Made by a program: the position numbers and the translations under genes. A stretch of 54,919 nucleotides of DNA, from the NCBI RefSeq assembly GCF_002113885.1, contig NW_018408918.1, positions 62,001 to 116,919 of the forward strand, read 5' to 3'. Source of the DNA: Mizuhopecten yessoensis (taxonomy: Eukaryota). Numbering within the stretch: position 1 is the first letter of the stretch; every line of letters begins with the position of its first letter. The notes beneath the pieces were generated by a model, which was given only the letters and a program-made list of their open reading frames with translations, was not told the origin of the DNA and made no database searches. This document shows, piece by piece, positions 41,234-53,060 of the stretch.

Positions 41234-42516
41234 TGATACATCTTCTATCTAAGTAAAATCTCGATGCACATTGAAATGAAGACAAAAAAATAAATAAAGT
41301 ACATGTACTCAAACCTACAGCGTTAACTTATATTGTTTTAGCTGCTTGTAAAAATGACTACATTTGACATGTGATGGCGTTCTCGCTTTCGTAAACTTTT
41401 TGTACGAACAGAACAGATTTGTTCCAATATTGAGTTGATTAAATAGCCATTCCAGCTAGCTAAAGCCACATTCACTTAGTATGGGAAATGATGGTTAACG
41501 CAATCGAAAATACTCTGTTGATTATATTATCGCTATTATACATTTATGTTTATTACTACTCCACACTGTAATGTTTCACTGTCGGTCAATCGAAATCAGC
41601 AATACAGTAATGCAGTGCTAAAAAATACACTGATAGTAACATAAAACATGATGACGAGTTTTTTATACCTATTTTGAGGTATCGTCTCAGCCTTGTTTGT
41701 GTTTTCCTGCCTCCATCGGTTGTACCTCTTTACTTCCTGTTGTTACATGTATGTTCATTTGAAACACGGTTGTCTCTTACTTACTTCATTGCCATACGCA
41801 GGTGACCTTTCAACCATCACTCAGGTGAAGATGGCTTTTAGGATTAAATAATATTTCAAGTAGATCCGCTGTTTTATTCGTTTACCAGTATTTATATGAT
41901 TATGGATGTAATATATGCAGAACATGTTTTGTTTCAAACTCTAAAATGGTGTTAATAAAACATAATGCATCTAAATTGACTATGTTATGCGATTTAAGTT
42001 TGCAAAACAAGTTGGTACTCAAACTTTGTTCATAGAAATAATTTTTCTAAACTAACAATAATATACGATATAGGATTGCAAATCACGTTTAGTATCGATC
42101 TCGGATAATTTGTCAATAACAATGTTCCAAAATTGACAATCACATTTTGCAAAACATTTTATATAGTTTCTTTCACTAACATGTTAATTTCATTCCGAAA
42201 AGAAGTGATACGAATGGAATTCGTACGAGCATGTCTTTCGACAAAACTTGTTCTCAATAAATCATCATTAAACGCACTATCATTATGTGTGTGCTCAGAA
42301 TGTAATAATGCAAAAAGTGTTTAATGAATGTGTATCCCTTACATAGTTAAGTATATAGTTCCGTATTAGTCTACCCTTTAGATAAATTGTTGAAACGATT
42401 TTGGATCGATTATTTAAACTGCATGTTCGTGTACAAAGCGTCATTGTGATGTATTTTGTCCATACATACTTGGCTAGCCTGACCGGTTTCAGAGTAATCT
42501 TGCTAATTCGACGAAC

Positions 42517-42897
42517 ATGGAAAAAGTACGATTTTTGTACCACGTCACTTCTCCTGTGTGCAAGTCTTCAATCCAAAAAGCTAGCAAACTTCTTCCCAAG
42601 ATCCACAACCCAAAGTCTAAGTGGATGTGGCTTTTGGATCCCAAGTACCAGGACATGATTCCAAAGGGGGTCTGGTTCTGCTCCACACTCTACAAAGGGG
42701 ACCTGCCAACCATCTCCCCGTATGATAAAGAGCGCGTCAGGATACCAATTGAAATGGTGTTGGGCAAACTTGGCGGCAAAATCAAGATTTATCTTGGCCA
42801 GGAAGCGAATGTTAAAGATAACAGATATATCCGAACCATATCTCTGCATACACATTTCTCAGCTGAAAAATTAATTCAAAAAAACAAACACAGTTGA
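42517..42897 (+). pseudogene. PHYHIP_C-like putative ART-fold gene, copy 3, 3'-truncated
   Basis: Open and homologous to codon ~106 (NRYIR, nt 42834), then unrelated sequence. It lacks the last ~64 aa, including WVE. Confidence 0.8.
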
Positions 42898-45426
42898 TTT
42901 TATTTTTAGATGAATGTCTTTATTTCCTTATTTTTTATTTATTCTAAAAGGTAGCATGGTGTATCTAAGTGTTTATGATTACATTATTAAATCGTCTGCA
43001 TACCAATAGAAAGTCTGTATTAAGTCAGATGGTTTTTAATCAAAAATTGTACAGTTGAACCTCGTCATCTCGAGGTCGGCGAGATCATGAAACACTTAAA
43101 GCTACTGAGTATTAGAGATAAGGGAGTTTCCTTGCTTGGTTTAATCTATATTCACTTGGCAAACGTCCAATTTTAACACGTTCATAGATTCATGTTAATA
43201 TCTGCTTTTGAGTGCAAAATGCTTGACATCAAAGAAGTAAGCAAAATTTTCCTTTATCACCTAAAGCTGACTTCCGTTCAATTAGTGGCTTCTATTTGCA
43301 AATTGAATCACAAAAGCATTGATAAAAACAGATAAAACAAAAATAGATAAAAAAAATCTGTTTATAGAACTAATCAAATGAAAAGTTGTAATAAATTAAA
43401 ACTAAATTACGCAAAAAATTGTTCCATCGTATAAAGTCAGTTATGTTAATACCCCTAAACGATATAGAATTGCCAATTTAAGTTTATAAGTAGATCAATA
43501 AATACTATTAATACTTTGCTTAACTCATTGATAAGTCTCGCGTTTAAACCTTTGCAGTTTTAACCTATGTGAACCCCACTGATTTTGTTTCTATCTATAT
43601 CAATAAGTAAATTGAAAGCCGAGTTTATCAAAATAGCATTACCTTCGGGGAAAATCACACGAAACGTAAGGAGCAAAAATTTAAATAATTTAAATCGATG
43701 TAATTAAAGAATGTTTACCTCATTCAATAATATTATATCTCCAAATGTTTTCTAAACAACGGTTGTTTGAAATTGATTGTCATATTTTTTTTAACAATCT
43801 AGATTACAAATGACGTCGGACACCATGTATCACTGGAATATTAATCTTGACCCAATGGGTTCGAGTCAGCGGGATTTTACTTTATGCATTTTGACAGAAG
43901 ATGAATACAAAAAGCAAATTACAAATATGAGTAGCCTCTTGTATGAATTTGCTTTGTTTACATTTTGAATTGTCCTTACTGACAGAATGGTGTTTATTAG
44001 AAGTAACTACCCTTGTGGTCAATTTATCAACTAATGATTGATTTATTATTAAATTAACTACTACTGCTTCTTCTACCTGTGTTCACATGTTGCAGTTGAT
44101 TCGGTATGCAAGTGCTTGCTCCGAATATCACGACTTCCATAAAAGATATCGACTGCTGATGGTCAAACGTATCACACAGGTTTTCTAAAGATGCAGGTTA
44201 ATGAAGCCTATGGTCAAGCTGTATGGTCATCATCGTGATATCATAGGGAAACATGTTATTTCTTTGTATAATATGAAAGTTAAGATAATGCTTATAAGTG
44301 TGCCTTGTGGATGTGTTATCACTACCCGAATTTTTCGATACGAGGACGAGACATAACTTGATTTCGACTAAGAATTAAATGGCGGGTGTCATCGATGAAA
44401 CAGGATACGCTTACCCTTCTCGAACATTTTAAGTAATGGTCAAACAAAACTCGCAGAACATACAGATTATGACAGTTGCATAGGACATAATGACGGGTGT
44501 TCACACTTATGTTAGAAGGACGAAACGGCTGTATGGTGCATTGCAATTCGGTTTTGGAATACGGTATGAATTACCTTCTGTAGCCGTGCTCACACGTGTG
44601 TGTCTAACGTTTATCTGCCTATCGGTGATGTCTTCCTTGTTGTATAGTCATGACAATCATGGACATTTTGTTCTCTTGCCAACTTTATTGACATACACTG
44701 GCGACTACACATTTTAAACAGCACTCAGAATACAAGAAGTGATCTTAAAAATATGTCGAATTCTATAGACGGCTTAGCATAAAAACTACACAGACATGCC
44801 ACAACATTGTCATGTAATGGCGAAAGGGGTGTGTGGAGTGTGACGTTTTAGACTTAAACGAATCATTTACAAAGTATTAATATAGTTTTTTATCTAAATA
44901 TCAAAAACATCTAGGGCTCAAAATTATGTTAATAAGCATAATGCTTCTAAATTGACTATACTAAACGATATCAGTTCGCAAATCATGATTGGTCTCAACT
45001 CGTATAATTTTACTAATGAAAAACGCTTCCAAATTAACAAGTCTATTGGAATGTTTTTAAATCTTAGTTTGCAAAACAAATTATTCTTTTTTATAATTAT
45101 AATTTTGTAACATGTATTTTATTAAAAAAGTAGTGAAATGTATTTATTTTCGCACAAAAATGTATGTCCTTAGCTCTCAATAAGTCATGCATTGACACAT
45201 TTCAATTATGTGTTAATTTTGTAGGTTTTAATGTACAATTGTATACTTAAAAAGGATATAATGAACGTGTATAACTTCGGTATATAAGTATTTAGTTCCG
45301 CTATATCCTACCCTTCAGATGATATAAAATTGCATGTTCGTGTCCGATTCGTCATTGTGTTCTCTTTTAGTCATACATACTTGATTAGCCTGATCGACTT
45401 TAAAGTGAACTGTTTTAACGACGAAC

Positions 45427-45939
45427 ATGGACAAAGTACAAAAGTTTTACCATGTCACTTTACCTTTCTTTAAAACTAAAATTACTAATGGGCACAAATT
45501 GATCCCCCAGATCCACAACCCATCACAAGAGTGGATGTGGCTTTTGGATTCCAAATACAAGAATAAGATTCCGAAATTAGTTTGGTTCTGTGCAACGCTT
45601 TACAACGGTGACCTGCCAAACATCTCTCCGTATGGTAAGGAGCGCGTCAGGCTGCCCATTGATAAGCTTTTGAGACAACTTGGTGGCAAAGTCAACGTTT
45701 ATCGTGGAAAGGATGCACAGGTCAACACCAACAAGTACATCCGACTGATGCTTGTCAAGGAAGGTGACTACTTTGATTGCTTAGAACATATGGAAAAACT
45801 GAATTTCGAAGACAATGACTTGTTGAAGTTCATTTCTGATTCTGAGTTTGAGGTTGCTAAACGACCAAATTGGGTGGAAATAGCTTGCCCCTATGAAGTT
45901 GATGTTACAGAAGGTGAATGGGATACCCTTAACAAGTAA
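45427..45939 (+). CDS. PHYHIP_C-like putative ART-fold protein, copy 4 (170 aa, intact)
   Basis: Aligns ungapped with copy 1, about 65% identity by hand count; FYHVT, VWFCAT, SPYG and WVE retained. Confidence 0.85.
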   Translation: MDKVQKFYHVTLPFFKTKITNGHKLIPQIHNPSQEWMWLLDSKYKNKIPKLVWFCATLYNGDLPNISPYGKERVRLPIDKLLRQLGGKVNVYRGKDAQVNTNKYIRLMLVKEGDYFDCLEHMEKLNFEDNDLLKFISDSEFEVAKRPNWVEIACPYEVDVTEGEWDTLNK

Positions 45940-48900
45940 GTAATTATGTGTCAAACATTTAAATAAAAACATTCTAGAAATCAAATTGTGTGTGCATACA
46001 GACTTTTTGGTTCAATATAGAAATTTAGAAAGTAAACATAGTCCTAAAGTGGTGAAGATGTGCGCATTCAAAATTGCAAGCTGAGGAGAAAGAGCTTCAG
46101 CAAGGAAAAGGTCGCTACTGCATCAGTTATAGTTGCTCAGGGAGTAGACTAGGGTTTTTTTACTGAAAAAAAGTAACGAATTGATCTTTCTCGAATTTCA
46201 TATGAATGTTCCCTTGATTTTGAGAGCTCAAGTTTGTTATTACCTTTCTCAAATTTCATATATAATTTCCCCATGGACAATAGTTTTCCATGTTCCATTC
46301 TGGGATTTATCGAAGAAACACGATTGCAACCAGGCAGTCATCTTTGATTTGGACAGTTCAAGTTTGCTTTGCTATTTATGAAGTACTTTAAAGTTGAGCA
46401 TGTTTCGTTGAGACTGCTAAATGAAAAAAGATAACCACCAAGCAGCCATTGAATGTTGACAATTCAAGTGTGTTATCATTATTTATCAATATAGACTGGA
46501 CAGATCTTTCTTATATGTAGGTTTCCCTCAGGCTATAGTTATTTTTAACATAAACGTTACATATCGTTCTCAAATTTAACTTAGATAAAAAGAATGCGTA
46601 TCAGTTAATTTCAGTTTGAAACTATTGTTCATTTCACTGAATGTTTGTGCATAAATGAATAAATGGAATAAAGTGACTTGACCACCGTCTGTGAAAAAAC
46701 ACTTTACAAAAATCTATCTACGACTAATATACCTTAGGAAAAACACATTTCCTGGAATAGGTTTTTATCTTTGTGAATAAAATAATGTTTCCGTTTTCAA
46801 TTAAAGTAATATCATCCAAGGATTTTTCGAATATGTTCGATTGAAAATTGATTGTCTTCATTATCTTAATATTATAGGTAACACAACAGAGCAAGGTGAA
46901 TGTCGTAATGGATATTTCTAAGTGGATGACGTCTTCTTGAGGAGTAAGACCAGTGGATAACGACTACATGAAAAACAAAGGACATACGCTATTGAATTTA
47001 TTATCATACATACATAAACTGCCTTTTAAACTTTCTATCATCTGACTTTCGCGACATTAGCACAGCTCGAACTACTCTTCTGTCTCACCTGATCGACATA
47101 TGACAATGTCGAAAATACCTCGGTTTCGTACAATGTACATGCATTCTTGGGAATTTCATTATGGACCCCATGAGTTGGAGTTATCTGGGCTGTATTCATT
47201 TCAAATGACATTAACGATTGAAATATAAGCATAGTCTCTTGTATAGGTTACTATTCAGCTTACATCCCGTAGTGACCTTTCGGGCGGCAGATTATTGCAT
47301 ATTTACTAGTTAACAATGAGTGACTGCCGTGAACTGAAATCACGTGATCTCTCATGCTAACTTCATGACATCTTGCATTGTTTATGATATATCGTCACAT
47401 GCAACGTTTCAACGGGTTTGTGCCATGTGGTATAATCGAATCTAAAGGATTCCTTTGTAGTTACCGGCTTATGTTTTCGAATATTACAAAAAAATAGTCG
47501 TACTATAATAAACCTACTTGAAAACAATACGTTAAACAGTAACACATTGTAACCGCTTTCTTTCTTAGTTATACTCATATCTTGTTCAATTAAAATACGC
47601 AAACTGCATTGGTCTTGTGTTTTGTGTGAGTCATTCTAAATCACAACCTTCTATTATTTCGTGTTATTCCAAAATGACCGAGTACTTTGGGACAGTCTTC
47701 GATATCATCTAAAACATCTTAGGTATTAATGAACCTTTTAATTGAGTATCTGTAGAAGTGCTTAATGCACTATTATGATTAGCTGCTATTTATTGAGGAT
47801 ATTTTATGTGACTACCTTTTAATAACAGTAGTTTGTAAATGCTAAACCTTAGTCTTTGATATTAGCTTCACTGACTTTTATTATCAATTGTCTAACGTTA
47901 ATGAAAAAAGTGACTTATTTAAATCAATATGCTAACTGATAAAAACGAATTACATTATGGAATTATACATATGGGCGTAATAATACTAGCTTTATTCACA
48001 ATCCATGACTTGACAAATGATAGAAATAAGCGGGGGTCACATTGGAGAAGAAGACGAAAACCCTTCCGGTGAAATACGTGTATTCACTTCCGGTTTTGTT
48101 TGCTGGATGGTACTTTGTCCAAGTGTTACTTCAGTTCCTGTTGCCATTTCGTTTTGACTTTAATTTAGAATGTTTACTGTATTAAAAAACATTTCAGATC
48201 GGTTTAGTATTCATCGTTTCATTGACTTATACAATGCAGACTAAACGCCTGCAAGTTTTAGGATTGGTTCACAATTTTTTTTTTTTAAATAATATGATTG
48301 CACCGTTTGGTTTGTACACCTAAAACTGACATCAGACTATACACGTACGTTAAAACCTTTCGTTATATATTAAAATATCATTTCTTACTAAATCTTATGC
48401 ATTTTATCTCTTGAAACGACCACGTGGTATGTAGCTGTCCAAAGAATAAAAGTGATGTCACATATTTATGCGATATTCCATTCGATGTTTCTGTAGGCGA
48501 TGTAATAAACACAAATGCTATCGAATCTTGAATGAGTAAGGTTGTGAACAACGATTTACATGATTTTAACACAGTAAATCACAATCAAAGGAGTGATATC
48601 TTTTTGTTGCAATTATTAATTTCGCTAATACCGTTTCGTCTCTTTAGATGTTTCTTTCAATGTGATAAGTACATAGCTATTTCAGACGGTCTTATAACGC
48701 CAAATATAAAAAATCTGCTGTTACTCTTTGTAAAGATATTTCTTGTTTATTTTATTTAACCCAATGTTCAAGCTGAAATGAGTTCACAATAGAACGCTAT
48801 CTTTCAACACTGATATTTCTTTCTGTAGTATTTGAATTTGTCATATTGCAATAAAAAACGAGACAAGAGAATACCCAAGTGTCGACAATACAGTATTTTA

Positions 48901-49237
48901 AACTAAAACTCGATAGCATAGGCAAAATATGAACAAAGGAGGGCTTTACAGTGTAAACGACTCTGTACAAGACTGGGTTTCAAACTAATTAACACAATGT
49001 TAAAGGAAAAATTGATTACCAAAGTTTATGTAAATGAATAACTAGACATAAAAGTGAGTCATAGGAATAAATTGCAAACGCTGTAGGGGTGACTTCCCCT
49101 CGTCAGTATTTTTGTCTGTCTCAAAGCCTTTATGGTGACAATTTTCCGTGAATTCCCAGGATTCAGATGCTGTACCCGTACGTGAGATTTCAGTGTGGTG
49201 TGAATCAGGTTATGGCGGAGGTGTGGCAACAATAACC

Positions 49238-49878
49238 TGTATTTAATGTTAGGATATACCTCTTTAACATATAGTGATGTATTTAATGCTAGGATATATA
49301 TCTTTAACATAAAGTGCTGTATTTAATGCTAAAATATACCTTTTTAACATTAAGTGCTGTATTTAATGCTAGAATAAACCTCTTTAACATATAGTGATGT
49401 ATTTAATGCTAGGATAAACCTCTTTAACATAAAGTGCTGTATTTAATGCTAGGATATACCTCTTTAACATATAGTGCTGTATTTAATGCTAGGATATACC
49501 TCTTTAACATAAAGTGCTGTATTTAATGCTCGGGTATACCTCTTTAATATATAGTGCTGTACTTAATGCTAGGATAAACCTCTTAACATATAGTGCTGTA
49601 TTTAATGCTAGGATATACCTCTTAACATATAGTGCTGTATTTAATGCTCGGGTATACCTCTTTAACATATAGTGCTGTACTTAATGCTAGGATATACCTC
49701 TTTAACATGTAGTGCTGTACTTAATGCTAGGATAAACCTCTTAACATATAGTGCTGTATTTAATGCTAGGATATACCTCTTAACATGTAGTGCTGTATTT
49801 AATGCTAGGATATACCTCTTTAACATACAGTGCTGTACTTAATGCTAGGATATACCTCTTTAACATATAGTGCTGTAA
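49238..49878. repeat. 40-bp minisatellite, ~16 copies
   Basis: Unit tgtatttaatgctaggatatacctctttaacatatagtgc, head-to-tail with no spacers. Confidence 0.95.
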
Positions 49879-51530
49879 TTTTGAAGCCTTGATGTATTAT
49901 TAATGATGCGCAAGTAAACAATACCAAGATAACATAGAGAAAGAAAACCCAAACATACTTGATAAGGGTACTGAAGATAACAATAACGATTCATTGTTAT
50001 TTTCATTTCACTAATACATTATTAGTGGGTAGAATCATATGCTTGATTTTGTATTGGAAATTTGTAATTTTGTTTCCGTCATACAGTTAATTGTATCTTG
50101 CCATCATCTCAAAAACAGATTTCAATTTTCCTTGGCTATATTTAGAATTTATCATGACACGTTCAACAAACTTTCAATACATAAATCCTGTTTGCTTAAC
50201 ATGACCCAAAGAATATCCTCCTTTCACTTCGTATTTAAACTTAATTATTTTCTATTTTGTTCCTATACAGCATACGCTTGCTTTCACTTTTTATCAACCT
50301 TACTCTCCAATGAAGATGTTTTAATACTATTCCTCTTAATATGATCTTTTCTTTTCTGAAATGTGAACACATAATGTTTATAAATTCCACATACTTGTCT
50401 CACACACTCTGATTAGTCTAAAATATCGAAATACGTTTGAAATTAATTGTCGTTTAATATAAATAACGATTATTAAAACAATATATATAATAGCACTCAG
50501 AAAGCCAAATAAGCCAATCACTGTGCCATATGGTTGTTTTATCAATTAGGGAATCATCACCGGTACTAACTGATTCTCCTTATGAAAATTACTGCAGATA
50601 AAGACCATCGAATAGCTATACATTTGGTTGTTCAGTCACATATTGCTATTGGCGTACTTCCAACTGCCCTAGCATGCACAAACTTGTTTGTAAGCTGTAA
50701 GCGCATTTAATCTGATAAATTAGAAATTAAATTTAATTAATTAATTCTGGCAAAACACTGTAGCTATGTAGTTACCTTGCATTTAAATCAAAACATGTAT
50801 CCTGATTGAAAGCATTTTGCTCGGTCATCGGCAAACATTTTGTAAATGAGTCTCTTCCAAACTATTCATACATATCCTGTACAATTCCTGTTTGCGGTAT
50901 ATATCTCCTTTACTCAAAGTGCTGGTAAAGAGTACATATTACGTATGAAATAAACACTGTGTATGCAACTAACAACACATGTCAATAAAACTAACGCTTC
51001 TAAATTGACAATTATATACGATCATATTGTGCAAATGATGTTTATTCTCGACCGGGAAAATTACTTATAAAAATAATTGTTCCAAATTAACTTCAATTTG
51101 CATTATAAGTTTCTGCTCGACCACGAATAAAGATAAATCTTCAAAATTGACTTCAAGGTACCATCCATTTTTTGCAGAACATGGTTGTCCCCGAACTCGA
51201 ATGAAATAATTCTTCCAAATTGACTTAAATTCGATTATGTTTTGCAAAAAACATCATATACTTCTGTTTGATCTAGACTAAATTGATAGAATGAATTTTC
51301 GCACAAGCACGTTTTCGGCAAATTGGTTATCAATAAATTATTTGTAATCGCTATAATCGTGTGTTAAATTTGCATATAATAATGTATACTTAAAAAGGAT
51401 ATACTGAATATTTTAACTAGTTTCGTAATATTCTGTCCTTCCGATAAGTTGCAGATGTTTGTGTACCATTCGTCATTGTGTTGATTTTTATTCATACATA
51501 CCTGATCAGTCTGTCCGGTTGAAGACGAAC

Positions 51531-51960
51531 ATGGATAAAGTATGAATTTTCTACCACCTCATTTTTTCTCCCTGTAAACCTAAAATAAAAGATGAACGGA
51601 AACTGATCCCTCAGATCTACAATCCCCTCGGATGAGTGGATGTTGTTTTTGCAGCCCGAGCACAAGGAAGCGATTCCTAAGGGGGTCTGGTTCTGTTCAA
51701 CACTCTACAACGATGACCTGCCAACCGTCTCTCCGTACGGTACAGAACGGGTCAGGATACCCATTGGAAATGTTTTGGGCAAACTTGGAAATTTCAGCAT
51801 ATACTGTGGAAAGGATGCCAAGGTCAGCAACAACTCGTATTTCCGATTCATGATAGTACGGGAGGGAGACTACTTTAAATATCTGGAGCACATAAAAAAA
51901 GCTTGATCTTTCCAACAATAACATTTTGAAATATATTCATGGTGAGGGGTTTCATATCCC
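51531..51960 (+). pseudogene. PHYHIP_C-like putative ART-fold gene, copy 5, pseudogene
   Basis: ATG GAT AAA GTA TGA (stop at codon 5), +1 frameshift near 51625 and a second in the A-run near 51900. Homology continues (LDLSNNNILKYIHGEGFHIP) and ends abruptly at 51960, before KRP.WVE. Confidence 0.85.
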
Positions 51961-52065
51961 GTCGTGTCGGTGGCTCAGTGGAGACAGGTTACGCCATGCA
52001 GAATTAAAATTACTTCAAGTTTAGGACGACAAAATGGAAAATAGAAATGTATTATGATCGAAGTC

Positions 52066-52195
52066 AAAACATCATGTCTGGCATCGTGTCCTGGTATGTA
52101 TTTCACATTTACATAGTCCAATATTTTTGATACAGTAACTCTTTAGCGTAAAATGTGAAATACATACCAGGACACGATGCCAGACATGACGTTTT
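52066..52195. mobile_element. palindromic MITE (~130 bp)
   Basis: aaaacatcatgtctggcatcgtgtcctggtatgtatttcacattt ... aaatgtgaaatacataccaggacacgatgccagacatgacgtttt, near-perfect arms of ~45 bp. Confidence 0.8.
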
Positions 52196-53060
52196 AAACA
52201 TTGCGCCAAAACATATGCTGCGGGACTAGACTCTACTCGTATTGAACGAATGATTACACAATTAATCATGATGGATTACTTAATTACAATTCAAACCGAA
52301 GCTATCGCCGCAGATCCCTGGAAAAAAATAACAAAAGTAAGTGTTGAAAATCTTCATTTGAAATTTGGCGGTACCGGTAGTGCTCTGACGAAGCTTTTCC
52401 CTTGTGTATGTTTATGTGTGTTGTGACCCATATCAGTATAGCATATGTGTGATTGTAACGTGGCCCTGTGGTCCGATGCTGGAAACTTGGAGACTCCAGG
52501 TCATACAAGGATACCAGACTTAGATTTCACGGGGTCCGATTTTCACACAGAATCCACTTTCAAATCTAAATTAGATAGGCCTATACTGAAAGAGAATTAA
52601 AGACAATACAATAAATAAAAAGCAGATCGTATCTCGATCAGCTAATTTCAAGAAATCCGGAAGCTTGATAGACTCGCCTATGAGTATTATTTACATATTT
52701 TCGTAATGTTTCAGTGCTATAACATTTACACTTTTTCCATATCTACAACATATTTCAATATCACAGGTGTGGCATTGATCCCAAACCCCATGGTCTGTAT
52801 ATATACTATACAAAATATACAGACTTCCCCCTCTTTTCAAGGCGTAAAATGGAATCTTGAAGTGCCCTGAGGTTAGTTATTTGTCCAAAAAATGTCATCT
52901 GATGAAGTGAAAAAGAAATTATGAGAGAACTAAACATACAGTTTGGAGCAAACTTTACTTGGTATATAGTGCTTTATAGTGCACGTGAAGTGAACAAGGA
53001 AGTGTACTAAACTTTTTTTATCGATATTTTAAGAAAAAGTCGGACTGTCCCACAAACCAT

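Noticed and set aside
44370-44430. Regulatory element upstream of copy 4
   Set aside because: ggcgggtgtc...cagga.acgcttacccttc resembles a common mollusc retroelement-derived repeat (an inverse relic lies at ~15090-15125); too degenerate to call.
30869-45939. Array genes as intronless retrocopies or a recent bacterial/viral horizontal transfer
   Set aside because: The conserved intron at the stop codon, shared kb-scale flanks and similarity to animal PHYHIP argue for tandem duplication of a host gene. An ancient transfer cannot be excluded without a phylogeny.
49238-49878. CRISPR-like regular repeat array
   Set aside because: Units are contiguous with no unique spacers, there are no cas genes and the context is eukaryotic; it is a minisatellite.
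30894-51924. Alternative-frame and antisense ORFs overlapping the array genes (e.g. MSGCGFWIPSTR...)
   Set aside because: Shadows of the conserved main frame, with variable starts and stops between copies.
51961-51995. tRNA gene
   Set aside because: Only an A-box-like head with no cloverleaf or B box; a SINE remnant, like those at ~3870-3920 and ~8495-8550.
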